Positions 34,767-45,287 are shown, numbered from the stretch's first letter. The stretch is DNA of 64,000 nucleotides from Candidatus Xenobia bacterium (GCA_045863235.1 BTUM01000006.1:1-64000), one strand, 5' to 3'. Made by a program: numbers and translations. The notes: generated from the letters alone by a model not told the origin.

Positions 34767-37337
34767 TCATCCTGGAGGGGGTTGCCGCTTCGTAAGCCGC
34801 AGCAGGGCGGGCAGGGCCAGCTCGGCTCCGACCAGGTTGGCCAGCACCCCGCTGGCCATCACGAACCCCAGCGAAGCGATGCCCCGGTGGTCGGCCAGCA
34901 TGAGCGAGCCGAAGCCGGCAATGGTGGTGATCGCGGCCAGGGCCACGGCGGGGCCGGTGGAGTGCGCGAAGAGGTAGCCCTGATCGCGCCCGTGCACCAC
35001 GTGCACGCCATAGACCAGCCCGATGCCGAGGGTCAGGGGGAGCGCCATGAAGTTGGCGGGATTGAAGTTGACCCCGCAGGCGCCCATCAGCCCCAGCATC
35101 CACACCACCCCGAGCAGCTTGGGGAGCAGGGCCAGCCCGGCCAGCTTCAAAGAGCGGAAGTGCACCAGCAAGAGCAGCACGATGATGACCAGGGCGTTGC
35201 GCCAGGAGGTCTCATAGGCTCGCTTCAGCTCGCCCAGATAGTGGTAGATCAGCACCGGGCTGCCCGTGACCGAGGGCTCGACTCGCTCCAACTCGCCCAC
35301 GAAGCGAGCCAGGGCTTCACGTTCCCACACGTTCTCGCGGGGGTGGACCGAGATCAAGAGCTCCCCCTCGGGCCCGATGCCTCGGTCGCGCAGCTTGTCG
35401 GGCAGGTCCTGCACCCCGATGGCCGGGCCGGCCCGCTGGCTCTGCAACTGCAAGAGAGACGAGCGCACGTCTTTCATCAGGTGCTGCTCGAAGCTCTCCA
35501 GGCCTTCCTCGATCGGGCCCGGACCCATGTCCTTCAGGGTCGCCTTGAGTCGGTCGAGGCGGGCCAGCCCGGCCTTGCGCTCCTCGGGCGGACGCGTGGA
35601 CAGCAGTTTGCGCAACCGTTTGTCCAGTCCGGCAAAGAGGGGCTCGAGCTTGAGCAGTTGCTCCACCGTGCGATGAGGCGGCGAGCCGGGGGGCTTCAAA
35701 CCCTGCACCGGGGCCAGGGCGGCCGCCACTTCCCGTGAGCGATCCTGCTCTGGCAGGAGGGTGACCAGGCACTCCACTCGGGCCACCGAGGGCAGCCGCC
35801 CGAGCTCGCTTACCAGGCGGCGGGCCTCGGCCGCGTCGGGGGCAGCGATCAGGGCCACCAGGCTGGTGCGCCCGACCTGCTGCAGCAACCGCTCGGCCTG
35901 CACGGGGGGCGAGCCGGGAGCGTGCATGTGCAGCAGGTTGTAGTCAAAGTGCAGGCGAGGGATGTAGTGCGCGCACCACAGGGTGAGGAGGGCCGTGAGC
36001 ACCAGGATGGTGCCGGGTCGTGCAGCGACCCAGCGCTCGGCCGGCAGCCAGCGCGACGGCGGCACGGGCGGAACGCTGGCGCGCCGGTCGAGCAGAAAGA
36101 TCAGCGAGGGAAGCATCACGGCCATGGCCGCAAACGAGAGCATCACCCCCACTCCCGAGATGAGACCCAGGTCGGCCACGGCCCGAAAGGTCGTGAAGCG
36201 CAGGGCCAGGAAGGCGACCGCGGTGCTGAGGGCGCCGGTCAGGTTCTCCACCCCCGAGCCCTGCATGGTCTTCTCCATGGCCGGCAGGGGAGCAAGGCCG
36301 GCGGCGCGCAGCTCCTCGTAGCGCAGCAGCCAGTGGATGCCAAAGTCCACTCCCAGCCCCACCAGGATGCAGGGGAAGTTGATGGTCACCAGGTTGAGGG
36401 TGCCTACGGTCAAGCCAGCAAAGGCCATCGACCAGGTCAGCCCCACGCTCATGACCAGCACGATCATCTGGGCCCGCCAGAATGCTCCGAAGCCCAGCAC
36501 TAAAAGCAGGTTGCACAGCATGACCGAGCTGATGGTGGCGATCACCGCTCCCCGGGTCGTATCCAGCGCTTCCTGGGCCTGCAGCACCGGCTCGCCGGTG
36601 AGCTCGACCTGCACCCCGCGCACCTGGCCGATGAGCTCGCGCAGGCGCTTGACAGCGGCCCTGGCCTGGCGGTCGGCGGGGCGCACGAGCAGCAGGTTGA
36701 CCTCACCGTGCTGGAAGGTCAGGTAGACCCGGGTGCCGTGGCGCGTACCGCCCTGGCCAGGGTCCGGCTCAGGGCGCCGGAAAGGCGAGACGTAGGGCGC
36801 GCGCCCGCGGCTTTCGAAGCTGGCGATGAGCTGGTCGAGCACCCGGTCGAGGGTGGCGCTGAGCTGGGGACGAGCTGCGAGCAGCGCTTCCAGCCGGCTG
36901 TCTTTGCCCAGAGCGGCCAGCCAGGGACGCGCCTGGCGCAGCTCGAGCTCCAGCTCGCCCAGCTCTTCGGAGGTCAGGTAGAGCAGAGAGCGGTCCTTGA
37001 GGAACTCGAGCTCGAAGCTGGTCAGCACCTTCGTGAAGAGGGCCGGCTCTTGCTCGAGACGGGCGGCCAGCTCGTCCACCGCCTGCTCGCGCTCGGACTC
37101 GCTCCCGCCTCGCACGTAGACCACGATGTCGTTCTCGCCCGGAAAGACCTGCTTGAAGCGACGGTAATTGAGCTGCACAGGGTGATCGGGCCGCAGCAAC
37201 TGGGTGCGGTCGGCTGAGAAGGAGAGCGTCTTCAGGCTGATCCATCCCGCCGGCAGCACGGACAGGGCCACCAGCACCAGGATCACCCGGGGGGCGCGAT
37301 AGCAGAGCCTGGTGAGCCCGACCAGCAGAGTGGCCAT
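34767..37337 (-). CDS. MMPL/RND transporter, HpnN (hopanoid-associated)-like
   Basis: Two TM blocks with LTGEP, GLGVDFGIH, LGIGLVYGVH, TT.AGFGSL....RG..SLG; HFDYNLL and P..NVWE motifs. Confidence 0.8.
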   Translation of the reverse strand: MATLLVGLTRLCYRAPRVILVLVALSVLPAGWISLKTLSFSADRTQLLRPDHPVQLNYRRFKQVFPGENDIVVYVRGGSESEREQAVDELAARLEQEPALFTKVLTSFELEFLKDRSLLYLTSEELGELELELRQARPWLAALGKDSRLEALLAARPQLSATLDRVLDQLIASFESRGRAPYVSPFRRPEPDPGQGGTRHGTRVYLTFQHGEVNLLLVRPADRQARAAVKRLRELIGQVRGVQVELTGEPVLQAQEALDTTRGAVIATISSVMLCNLLLVLGFGAFWRAQMIVLVMSVGLTWSMAFAGLTVGTLNLVTINFPCILVGLGVDFGIHWLLRYEELRAAGLAPLPAMEKTMQGSGVENLTGALSTAVAFLALRFTTFRAVADLGLISGVGVMLSFAAMAVMLPSLIFLLDRRASVPPVPPSRWLPAERWVAARPGTILVLTALLTLWCAHYIPRLHFDYNLLHMHAPGSPPVQAERLLQQVGRTSLVALIAAPDAAEARRLVSELGRLPSVARVECLVTLLPEQDRSREVAAALAPVQGLKPPGSPPHRTVEQLLKLEPLFAGLDKRLRKLLSTRPPEERKAGLARLDRLKATLKDMGPGPIEEGLESFEQHLMKDVRSSLLQLQSQRAGPAIGVQDLPDKLRDRGIGPEGELLISVHPRENVWEREALARFVGELERVEPSVTGSPVLIYHYLGELKRAYETSWRNALVIIVLLLLVHFRSLKLAGLALLPKLLGVVWMLGLMGACGVNFNPANFMALPLTLGIGLVYGVHVVHGRDQGYLFAHSTGPAVALAAITTIAGFGSLMLADHRGIASLGFVMASGVLANLVGAELALPALLRLTKRQPPPG

Positions 37338-38825
37338 TTATCGGCGGGCGAAGCGCGCCGTTTTCCAGTTGTCCAGCTGCTCGAGCCTGAAGGCGGTGGC
37401 CTGGCCATCGGGCCCCAGCTCGAAGCGCACCAGGGTGACCAGGGGACCGTCCTTGAGGTCGGCTTCGTAGTAGAAGGTGCTCCCGTCCCAGGGCCGCAGG
37501 GGGGCGGTGACCCTCAGGTCGGGGCCGAAGCTCAGCTGCATGCCGGCCACCCGGGCCGGGCCGAAGTAGGCGTTGTCGTAGCTCCCCTCGATGGCCTGCG
37601 CGGCCACGGGCGCTTGACCCTGAGCGGGACGCTGCGACCAGCTCAGGCCCCCGTCCACCATGCCCGCCATGCCCTGGCCGACCTTGCGCTCGGTCGCCAT
37701 CACGTCCTCCAGGCTGCCCTTGCCGTCCAGCACCAGGCTCACCAGGCCGCTGGACAAACCCTCGGGCAAGCCGCTGGGGAAGGCATTGCACAAGATGGCG
37801 ATGCCCAGCTCGGCTTCGGGAATCAGCAAGAGCTGCGAGCGCGTGCCGGTGGAGAAGGCTCCTGAATGCTTGACCTCGAGCATGCCGTGGCGGTTGTAAG
37901 ACGAGGCCCAGCCCAGCCCGTAGAATCCGGTGCTGAAGGTGGCCGGGTTGAACCCGGTCACCATCAGCGGCTGGTGGGTGGCCAGCAGCGCCTCGCGGGC
38001 CACGATCTGCTTGCCGTCCACCGTTCCCTCGCCCAGGTGCAGGAGCAGGAATCGGCTCAGGTCTCGGGCCGTGCTGGAGACCCCGCCGGCCGGAGCCTGC
38101 GCGTCAGGCATGCGGTCGTAGCGCTGCACCGCCTTGCCATCCTCCAGGATGTGCTCGCGGGCCCGATCGCTGGCCCGGGCGAAATCGGCGTAGCGGGTGC
38201 TGGTCGACTTCATCCCGAGGGGATCGAAGATCTTCGTCTTGCAGACAAGGTCGAACTGCCCCCGGGTGGCCGCCACGCAGCCCGCCGTGATGCCGAAATT
38301 GGAGTAGCTGTAGCTGGACCGAAAGCGGTTGTCCAGGGGAACTTCGCGCAGGTTGTGAAGGATGCTGGCCTGGTCGAAGCCCAGCTCCTCCAGCTCGTTA
38401 CCGGCCTGGCCCGGGAGACCGCTGCGGTGGCAGAGCAGGTCGCGCACCGTGAGGTGGCTGGTGACCCAGGGGTCGTTGAGCTGGAAGGCGGGGTCGAGCT
38501 CGGCGATGAGGGTGTCGAAGCTCACCTTCTGCTCGCCCACCAGCGCCGCGACGGCGCTGGTGGCGATGGGTTTGGAGCAGGAGGCCAGATGGAACACGGT
38601 GTCGGCCGTGACGGGCGTGGGCCGATCCACGTTGGTCACCCCGAACCCTTCCAGCATCACCACTTTGCCTTTGTAGACCACCGCCACCGAGCAGCCCGGC
38701 ACTCCGCTGGCCTTGAGCGCCTCCTGACACAGCTGGCGGAACCTGGGAAGGATGGCGTTCATGTCGGGCTCGGCCGCGACCGGAGCCAGGGTGAGGAGAA
38801 GGGCGAGAAAAAGGCGCTTGAGCAT
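37338..38825 (-). CDS. Serine hydrolase, beta-lactamase class C/PBP family, secreted
   Basis: Signal peptide, ASCSK (SxxK), DLLCHRSGL, YSYSN, PAGGVSST, HSG, C-terminal G.Y.N.YFG. Confidence 0.9.
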   Translation of the reverse strand: MLKRLFLALLLTLAPVAAEPDMNAILPRFRQLCQEALKASGVPGCSVAVVYKGKVVMLEGFGVTNVDRPTPVTADTVFHLASCSKPIATSAVAALVGEQKVSFDTLIAELDPAFQLNDPWVTSHLTVRDLLCHRSGLPGQAGNELEELGFDQASILHNLREVPLDNRFRSSYSYSNFGITAGCVAATRGQFDLVCKTKIFDPLGMKSTSTRYADFARASDRAREHILEDGKAVQRYDRMPDAQAPAGGVSSTARDLSRFLLLHLGEGTVDGKQIVAREALLATHQPLMVTGFNPATFSTGFYGLGWASSYNRHGMLEVKHSGAFSTGTRSQLLLIPEAELGIAILCNAFPSGLPEGLSSGLVSLVLDGKGSLEDVMATERKVGQGMAGMVDGGLSWSQRPAQGQAPVAAQAIEGSYDNAYFGPARVAGMQLSFGPDLRVTAPLRPWDGSTFYYEADLKDGPLVTLVRFELGPDGQATAFRLEQLDNWKTARFARR

Positions 38826-39013
38826 TTGCCCCGGTTGGTCCGAGGAGGGGGAGATTCCTGCCCGTCAGGCGGACGGGTCGACGACCCTGAGGAGTCCGTG
38901 CCGTTCAGGGTCGCGAGCTCGCCCTGCTCGAGTGTGCAGGCCAGGGGCGCTCAATATCGGACTTCGATGTCGGGCAAGGTCTGATGGTGGCGGCCAGGAA
39001 GAAGGTGGCCAGG

Positions 39014-40390
39014 TCAAGTCCTCGGCACGAAGAACCAGCCCGTGCTGCTCGCTCGGACCGGGCGATAGTTGCTCTCAAAGACCATTCGGAGGCTCGGGAC
39101 GGGAAACTCCCTCTCGCGCAAAAGCACCACCCGATAGAATCGCTGATTGAGCTTCTCGGCCACGGTGCGCAACGGTATCGTCCCGTCTGCGAGGCGTTCC
39201 CAGAACCAGAACTCATCGACCTCGAGAGTGTGACCGGACCAGTAGAGCAGGGTCGTGTCCATCGAGAAGATCGGTCCGGGCTGGCTGGCCAGCCACTCCC
39301 GGTCGGATTCATACACGAGCTGACTGTGAGCCAGCCCACTCGATTCCGCTATCTGCTCGGACAGGGACCTGGGAAGGACAACCAGAATCGTGAGCGTGAG
39401 ACCGACCAGGCTCGCGGCCAGCCATCGTCCGGTCACAGAAGCGAGCAGCAGCCCCGCACCCAGGCAAAGAGCGACCCAGTAGTCAAAGAAGCGGTTGCGA
39501 CTGACCGCTGGCAGACCGGTCAGGTAGAAGCCCCAGAGGCACGCAACCACAAGGTAGGCAATTATGAGCTCAGCCCATTTCTGCTCGCGAGCTCTCCACA
39601 AATGGACTCCCACGAAGAGGGTTGCCGGCAAAATCGTCGGGACCCAGCGGAAATTGAGCATCTCCTTGATCTGGTGCTTCTGGGGGACAAGAATGCTCGG
39701 GAAAAAGTTCGGCCCGTAAAGAGCCTGGAACAGAAGAACTGTGACGAGCACAAGGATGCAGCTTGTCAGCATCCATAACCGAAGGCTCCTGGGCTCGTGT
39801 CGAAACAGCCACCAGGTGACGGCCAACGGCAGCGGGACCACGATCTGCTTGACCAGCCCGCCCACGAACATGAGCGTGGCGCAAAGTGGCATACAGCGCG
39901 CCTCCGCATCCCCACGAATGAGCACGTAAAGTCCCGCCAGGACCAGGAACTCAGCGAGCCACTGGGGGTCGGAGCGGGCGATGTAGTCGCACTTGTGCAC
40001 TGCGGAGAAGGCCAGGAACAGCCACGCGGTCAGCCCGGACACAAGCCTGTCCCGGGTAAGACGGAATACGATCATCCCGGTGAGAATCCCGACCCCGAGC
40101 CAGCTGAGCAGACTGACGGCCCGCCCGGCCAGGAGCGGGTCGGGAAAGAGACCGAGCAGATGGTAGGAGAGCGGAGTATAGTTGTTCCCAAGAAAGCTGT
40201 CAGGCGGCGGGTAAAGCTGCTGGCCCGACCTTGCGTGCAGAGCGTGGTAGGCGTTCCAACCCTCGTTGGGCCCAGGGAAACGGACCTTCGTGCCCAGCGT
40301 GAGAACGGGCCAGACCGATATGCTGAGGACGATCCCTGCCAACAAGACGGCGCTCGACCAGAGCATGAAGTCCCGGCTCGACCTGAGCAT
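39014..40390 (-). CDS. Multi-pass membrane protein, probable GT-C fold glycosyltransferase
   Basis: PNEGWNAY, NNYTPL.Y, GR.VS, R.D, KQ motifs after the first TM helix; start uncertain. Confidence 0.6.
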   Translation of the reverse strand: MLRSSRDFMLWSSAVLLAGIVLSISVWPVLTLGTKVRFPGPNEGWNAYHALHARSGQQLYPPPDSFLGNNYTPLSYHLLGLFPDPLLAGRAVSLLSWLGVGILTGMIVFRLTRDRLVSGLTAWLFLAFSAVHKCDYIARSDPQWLAEFLVLAGLYVLIRGDAEARCMPLCATLMFVGGLVKQIVVPLPLAVTWWLFRHEPRSLRLWMLTSCILVLVTVLLFQALYGPNFFPSILVPQKHQIKEMLNFRWVPTILPATLFVGVHLWRAREQKWAELIIAYLVVACLWGFYLTGLPAVSRNRFFDYWVALCLGAGLLLASVTGRWLAASLVGLTLTILVVLPRSLSEQIAESSGLAHSQLVYESDREWLASQPGPIFSMDTTLLYWSGHTLEVDEFWFWERLADGTIPLRTVAEKLNQRFYRVVLLREREFPVPSLRMVFESNYRPVRASSTGWFFVPRT

Positions 40391-40428
40391 TCGCCGGTGT
40401 TCTCCTGTGGCCAGACGAGACTGTTCGA

Positions 40429-40914
40429 TCAGCCGCAGCACTTCTTATACTTCTTGCCGCTGCCGCACGGGCAGGGGTCGTTGCGGGCCGGACCGGCCTC
40501 GCGCCGCACCGGAGAACCTCGGGGAGTGGTGCTGTCGACATAGATCCAGCGCCCCTCGCGCAGCTCGAAGCGAGAGCGCTCGTGCAGCCGGTGGCGCTCG
40601 GCACCGACCGTGAACGAGGCCACGAACTCCACCTCGTCCTCCACCGCCTCGAGCACTTCCAGGCTGGTAAAGCGAGCCTGGCGAGCAAAGCGCTCGACCC
40701 CGGCCCGGTCTTGCGCCACCTGGGTTTGCATCAGATAGTCCACGTTGCCCAGCGCATAGGCCGAATAGCGCGAGCGCATCAGCTCCTCGGGGGTGGCCGG
40801 CAGCTCGCCCTGGTGAAACGGGCCGCAGCACCCCTCCAGGGGGCGGCCCGAGCCGCAGGGGCAGGCGTTAATTGCTGGGCTTCTCCGAAGGGGGCATGAC
40901 CGACAGGAAGTCAT
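40429..40914 (-). CDS. ychJ: YchJ / UPF0225 SEC-C motif protein
   Basis: CPCGSG...[29 protein letters not shown]-terminal [17 protein letters not shown]; start uncertain (ATG 40914 or ATT 40872). Confidence 0.85.
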   Translation of the reverse strand: MTSCRSCPLRRSPAINACPCGSGRPLEGCCGPFHQGELPATPEELMRSRYSAYALGNVDYLMQTQVAQDRAGVERFARQARFTSLEVLEAVEDEVEFVASFTVGAERHRLHERSRFELREGRWIYVDSTTPRGSPVRREAGPARNDPCPCGSGKKYKKCCG

Positions 40915-42070
40915 AGCCCATGCGCGGCACGTAGCTGTTGAGCAATTCATCCACCCGGTCGTAGCTCGGCGAGGCCACGATCAGGCCGGCGTGGTGGCGC
41001 TGCACGATGCGGCCCACGATCTCGGGTTCGTGGTAGCCGGTCAGATCGGGCCATTCCTGGCGGGCCAGGCACAGGGCCAGGCCCGCGTAGTCGCGGCGGT
41101 AGGTGGGAACCTGGTAGCTCTCCTTGTGCAGGTAGGCCAGCTCGATCTTGGCCCACTCGGCCCACAGGTTGATGCCCGAGGCCGCTTCCACCAGGGCGTC
41201 GATGTGGGCCCCGCCCACCCGGGCTGCCAGCTCGAGGAAGTAGAGCTTGCCATTGTGCCCCCGGATGAACTCGGCGTGGGTGACCCCGCGCACCATTCCC
41301 ATGGCGGCCACGACCTTCTTGTTGAGCGCCTTCAGGTCGCCCACCAGCTTCCCCTCGTGCTGGCTGGACATGGTGCGGGTGGTGAATACTCCGCCCAGGT
41401 GGGACACCTTCATCGGGGGCTCGCCGTAGCGGTGAGCGATCTGGTAGACCAGTTTGCTGTCGTAGTAGATCGAGTCCACGTGGAACACGTCGCCCGGCAC
41501 ATAAGCTTCCATCAGGTAGTAGGACTGCTTGTCGCCCAGCATGGCCAGGGCTTCCCAAAGCTCGGCCTCGTGCTCGATCTTGCGAATCCCCACGGCGCCG
41601 GCCTCGGCCCGGGGCTTGAGCATCCAGGGTGGGGACACGCAGCGCATGAACTCGCGCACGTCGTCATAGTTCAGAACGTGCACGAAGGCCGGCACCGGCA
41701 GTCCGTTCTCGGCCGCCTGCACCCGCATGGCCAGCTTGTCGCGGAAGTAACGGGCTCGGGTCTCGCCCATCCCGGGGCTGCGCAGGTGCTCGCGCAGCGA
41801 GGCGGCCGTCTCCACGTCGTAGTCGTCCAGGGCCACGATGCGGTCGATGTGGCGCTCGCGGGCCAGGTAGCTGACCCCGTTGATGATGTCCGGCACCTTG
41901 AGGGCGGGCATGCGGAACATCTCGTCGATGGCCTCGTGGGGCCAGGGCTCGCCCGCCAGGGCCTCCTCGGTGATCAGGATGACGCGACAACCCTGGCGTT
42001 TCAACTCGCGCATGAATTCGGCGCCCTTGTAGTAGCTGGCCAGGCAGACAAAAGTGATCGGTCGGCTCAT
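40868..42070 (-). CDS. ATP-grasp domain-containing protein
   Basis: [48 protein letters not shown]. Confidence 0.88.
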   Translation of the reverse strand: MSRPITFVCLASYYKGAEFMRELKRQGCRVILITEEALAGEPWPHEAIDEMFRMPALKVPDIINGVSYLARERHIDRIVALDDYDVETAASLREHLRSPGMGETRARYFRDKLAMRVQAAENGLPVPAFVHVLNYDDVREFMRCVSPPWMLKPRAEAGAVGIRKIEHEAELWEALAMLGDKQSYYLMEAYVPGDVFHVDSIYYDSKLVYQIAHRYGEPPMKVSHLGGVFTTRTMSSQHEGKLVGDLKALNKKVVAAMGMVRGVTHAEFIRGHNGKLYFLELAARVGGAHIDALVEAASGINLWAEWAKIELAYLHKESYQVPTYRRDYAGLALCLARQEWPDLTGYHEPEIVGRIVQRHHAGLIVASPSYDRVDELLNSYVPRMGYDFLSVMPPSEKPSN

Positions 42071-42126
42071 GAGGCCCGTTGATTCGAACTCCAGGCCCTC
42101 ATTCCTGGTGCGTCGAATGGGCCGGC

Positions 42127-42828
42127 GTGGCGATCGTGATTGCAGGAGTCACCACCTGCGCCCTGTGCGGCGAGGTGGCCGACGCGAAGGACTACATGGC
42201 GACTTCGGGTGTCTGGTACGAGCAGGACCACCCGCTGTGGCGCTACTGCGACGCCCCCATGCACTGGGATTGCTACGAGCGCTGGCCCGAGCGCGAGCAG
42301 TTCGCGCGCGACTATGTGGCCATGCGCCGCTCGCATCAAGACAGTCCCTACTGGGACAGGGTTTACGAAGACGAGCAGCTGGTGCTCGAGGTCAGCCGCG
42401 CCAGGGCCCTGGCCTGGCTGCGGGCAACCGGCACCCCGGTCGCCTTCTCGCCGCAGAGCTGGCCTGAGCCCGAGCCCGGTCTTCACCGTCTCGAACGCGA
42501 CGCGCTCGAGAAGAGCCACCTGGCCGCCAGGTTCCCCGCCTGGGAGGATTTGCTGGCCGGTGTCGACTGGGAGGCCAAGGACCGCCTGCGCGAGCGCCTC
42601 GACCGCGAGGCCGAGGAGCGCCGCGAGCGCAGCCGCCAGGAGGCTATCGCAGCTCACGCCGAGAGCAACGCCCTGGCCGAGCGCTGGGCCGAGCAGCTCA
42701 AGGCCGGTGGCCTGACCTGTCCGGCCTGCCAGCGACACACGCGCAACATCCGCTACTACGACAAGCGGCCCGATCAGCGCTCGTACTTCATCTGCCAGGA
42801 GTGCGGCCGCTCCTTCGAGGCTCGCTGA
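42127..42828 (+). CDS. Hypothetical protein with N- and C-terminal zinc-binding motifs
   Basis: CALC...HWDC and CPAC...CQEC; TGATG coupling to the next ORF; GTG start inferred. Confidence 0.65.
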   Translation: MAIVIAGVTTCALCGEVADAKDYMATSGVWYEQDHPLWRYCDAPMHWDCYERWPEREQFARDYVAMRRSHQDSPYWDRVYEDEQLVLEVSRARALAWLRATGTPVAFSPQSWPEPEPGLHRLERDALEKSHLAARFPAWEDLLAGVDWEAKDRLRERLDREAEERRERSRQEAIAAHAESNALAERWAEQLKAGGLTCPACQRHTRNIRYYDKRPDQRSYFICQECGRSFEAR

Positions 42829-43244
42829 TGGAGGAGCACTACGTCCCTTTGATGGCGGTGACCGCTCTGGCCTGCATCGTGGTCATGCTGCTCAACACCC
42901 GGCGCAAGAAGCCCTCGGCCGACCATGAGCAGACTGTGCGCAGCGCCATCCTGCAGCTCTTCAAGCTGGCCACCAGCAAGGACTACGCCGGCGCAGCCAC
43001 CCTGTTGCTGGGTGAGCAGGGCGTTCTTCGCTACAGCCAGCAGCCCGAGGAGGTCGAACGGCGCTGCCGCGACCTGCAAGAGCTGGCTGCCGGGGGAGGC
43101 ATCAGCATCGACCGGGTGCTGCCCCAGGGAGACGAGGGCCACCCTGATTACGTCTGTGAGCTCTCCGTGGTGGGAGCCCAGCGCCTCGACCGCCAGCAGC
43201 GCTGGCGCTGGACGGGCGATCGCTATGCTCTGTTGGAGTCTTAG
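42828..43244 (+). CDS. Hypothetical protein with N-terminal membrane anchor
   Basis: ATG overlapping the previous stop; hydrophobic LMAVTALACIVVMLL followed by basic residues. Confidence 0.6.
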   Translation: MEEHYVPLMAVTALACIVVMLLNTRRKKPSADHEQTVRSAILQLFKLATSKDYAGAATLLLGEQGVLRYSQQPEEVERRCRDLQELAAGGGISIDRVLPQGDEGHPDYVCELSVVGAQRLDRQQRWRWTGDRYALLES

Positions 43245-43477
43245 CCGTTCGAGCAGTCCACGGACGCCCTAAAGCAGACGAGGACTGGCGGCCCGGGTCT
43301 GAGCGGTCGGCAGGGCCGGCCGGGGGTGATCGGCCTGGTAGCGCGCCAGCACGCCCAGAAAGCGGCGCTGGGTGTCGGGGGGCGAGAGCAGCAGCGTGTG
43401 GGATAGCTCACAGTGGATCAAGATTTCTGAACAACCGCTCGCCAGGGCGCCGTCGGGGACTACCGAAACGTCGCCCT

Positions 43478-44422
43478 GTGCGTATCCTCTCTCACATTCC
43501 CCACAATGCCGAGGTCGACTTCGAGCGACTGGACGAGCCGATCACACCCGCGAGCGCGTTTTTCAAGCGAAATCACTACGACGCTCCCGAGTCGAGCGGT
43601 GAGTGGTTTCTCGCGGTCAACGGCCGCAGAGTCTCCCTGTCTGAGCTGAGGAAGCTCCCCTTTCGAAGACTGGAGGCAACGATCGAGTGCGCGGGAAATG
43701 GTCGCACTCTTCTCAACCCCGTTCCGCCCGGCACGCCATGGAGGTTGGGTGCCGTTTCGAACGGGGTCTGGGGGGGAACCTCGTTGAGAAATGTCCTCAG
43801 CGATGTCCAGGGCTTGGAGGTGATCTTCCAGGGCGCAGACCAGGGCCACGATGGCCGGGGTGCGTATGCGCGCAGCCTGACGCTCGGACAGGCGATGCAC
43901 GAGGACGTGCTGCTCTGCTGGGAGATGAATGACCACCCCTTGCCGCGCGAGCACGGCGGTCCTCTGCGCCTGGTCGTGCCCGGACAGTACGGGATGGCCT
44001 CCGTCAAGTGGCTGTGCCGGATCGATCTGGCCAGCTCGCCCTATGAAGGCTACTATCAGCGCGAAGACTACCAGATCCACATCCCCGGACAGTCTTCGCG
44101 ACCGGTGGGGGCGGTGCGGCCCCGGGCCCTGATCGTGCGCTCGAGCGCCACTGAGGTCAGCGGGTGGGCCTGGAGCGGGACCGGGCCTGTGGTCGAGGTG
44201 GAGGTGCTGGTCGGGGAGAAGCGGTTGCGGGCTGAGCTGGCCCCTGACCGTGGACCGTATGCCTGGCGACGCTTTCGCTGCCCCCTCCAGCTCGAGCCCG
44301 GGCGCCATCTGGTACGGGCGGTGGCTCGCGACGCGGCTGGCAATGTGCAGCCACTGGACCCCTTCTGGAACGAGCACGGCTACGAGAACAATTGCGCCGA
44401 GGAGCACGTGCTGGAGGTCTGA
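43478..44422 (+). CDS. Sulfite oxidase family molybdopterin oxidoreductase
   Basis: FF.RNH, ECAGNGR, GAVSN..W.G, Y.RSL, MN..PLP..HG.PLRLVVPG.YG..SVKW, G.AWSG, WN..GY.NN. Confidence 0.92.
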   Translation: MRILSHIPHNAEVDFERLDEPITPASAFFKRNHYDAPESSGEWFLAVNGRRVSLSELRKLPFRRLEATIECAGNGRTLLNPVPPGTPWRLGAVSNGVWGGTSLRNVLSDVQGLEVIFQGADQGHDGRGAYARSLTLGQAMHEDVLLCWEMNDHPLPREHGGPLRLVVPGQYGMASVKWLCRIDLASSPYEGYYQREDYQIHIPGQSSRPVGAVRPRALIVRSSATEVSGWAWSGTGPVVEVEVLVGEKRLRAELAPDRGPYAWRRFRCPLQLEPGRHLVRAVARDAAGNVQPLDPFWNEHGYENNCAEEHVLEV

Positions 44423-44511
44423 GCCGACAGATTCTTACCGCGGAGCTCACTCCAGACCAAGTGCTCCAGTATGGTCGCCGCTCGAGACCTTCTCAATTAC
44501 GAGCACATTAG

Positions 44512-44543
44512 AAAAAAGGCCGCCGGCCTGAGCCGGCGGCCTT
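44512..44543 (-). terminator. Intrinsic terminator on the minus strand
   Basis: AAGGCCGCCGGC-ctga-GCCGGCGGCCTT with an A6 run on its left (U-tract on the minus strand). Confidence 0.75.
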
Positions 44544-44556
44544 CCCATACAAAGCC

Positions 44557-44688
44557 TCAGGGCAGGACCATCAGGTCGCTCAGGGCCGTCTCGCCGGTCG
44601 CAAACGGGCTGCCCCCCACGGGGGTCAGCTGCCCGCTGGTCCGGTTGCTGGCGTAGGCGACCACGGTGTTGTCCCCGGAGCTGGTGCA
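44557..44688 (-). pseudogene. 3' remnant of a lactonase-type beta-propeller gene
   Basis: Minus-strand frame reads CTSSGDNTVVAYASNRTSGQLTPVGGSPFATGETALSDLMVLP*. In-frame TGA ~10 codons upstream and no upstream start; followed by a terminator. Confidence 0.55.
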
Positions 44689-44722
44689 GACTCTTTTCAG
44701 CCCGGCAAGGCATACTCAAGAC

Positions 44723-45232
44723 ATGGAAACCGTCTCGCTGAGCAATCCAGGTCTTTACGATCCTCGCCGCGCCGGTGCGCTGCGCCGGGCCGAGACGGTC
44801 GTCTCGCAGGTGCACACCCTGATGGACGTGTTCGCCCGCCAGGACGAGGGCTCGAACGACCATCGCCGGGACGAGCCGGGACGAGTGGCGCTTTGCGATC
44901 ACCAGGCGGTGCCGGGGGATCACCCCTGGCTCTTGCGGGCGGTGGAGGTCGACGGCAACTTGAGCTTTGAGCCCGGGAGCTACCAGCCCTACACGCCCAA
45001 CCGGTGGAAGGAGGCCGCTCCGCAGGCCGAGTTTCACGCGCTGGTGCAGGTGCTGGGAAACGGTGCCCGGGTGGACTACACCAGCCAGGATGGGGTCTCT
45101 CGCTACAAGCTGGAATGGACCGGCGAGCCGGGCCAGGGTGGCAGCCGCAGCAACGAGGTGGTGCTCGACCGCTCGACCGGGACACTGACCGTGCTCGGGG
45201 GAGAGCTCGGTTTCACCAGCTTCGTGCGCTGA
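44723..45232 (+). CDS. Hypothetical protein
   Basis: ATG-started ORF with plausible composition and GC3 bias; no recognised motif. Confidence 0.55.
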   Translation: METVSLSNPGLYDPRRAGALRRAETVVSQVHTLMDVFARQDEGSNDHRRDEPGRVALCDHQAVPGDHPWLLRAVEVDGNLSFEPGSYQPYTPNRWKEAAPQAEFHALVQVLGNGARVDYTSQDGVSRYKLEWTGEPGQGGSRSNEVVLDRSTGTLTVLGGELGFTSFVR

Positions 45233-45287
45233 CCCGACGAGCCGCCAGGCCGCCAAGCTCCGGGCCGGAAGTCGTCTCAAGAATTCC

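Noticed and set aside
34767..37337. Hopanoid biosynthesis cluster
   Set aside because: Only the HpnN-like transporter is present; no shc or other hpn genes are in the window.
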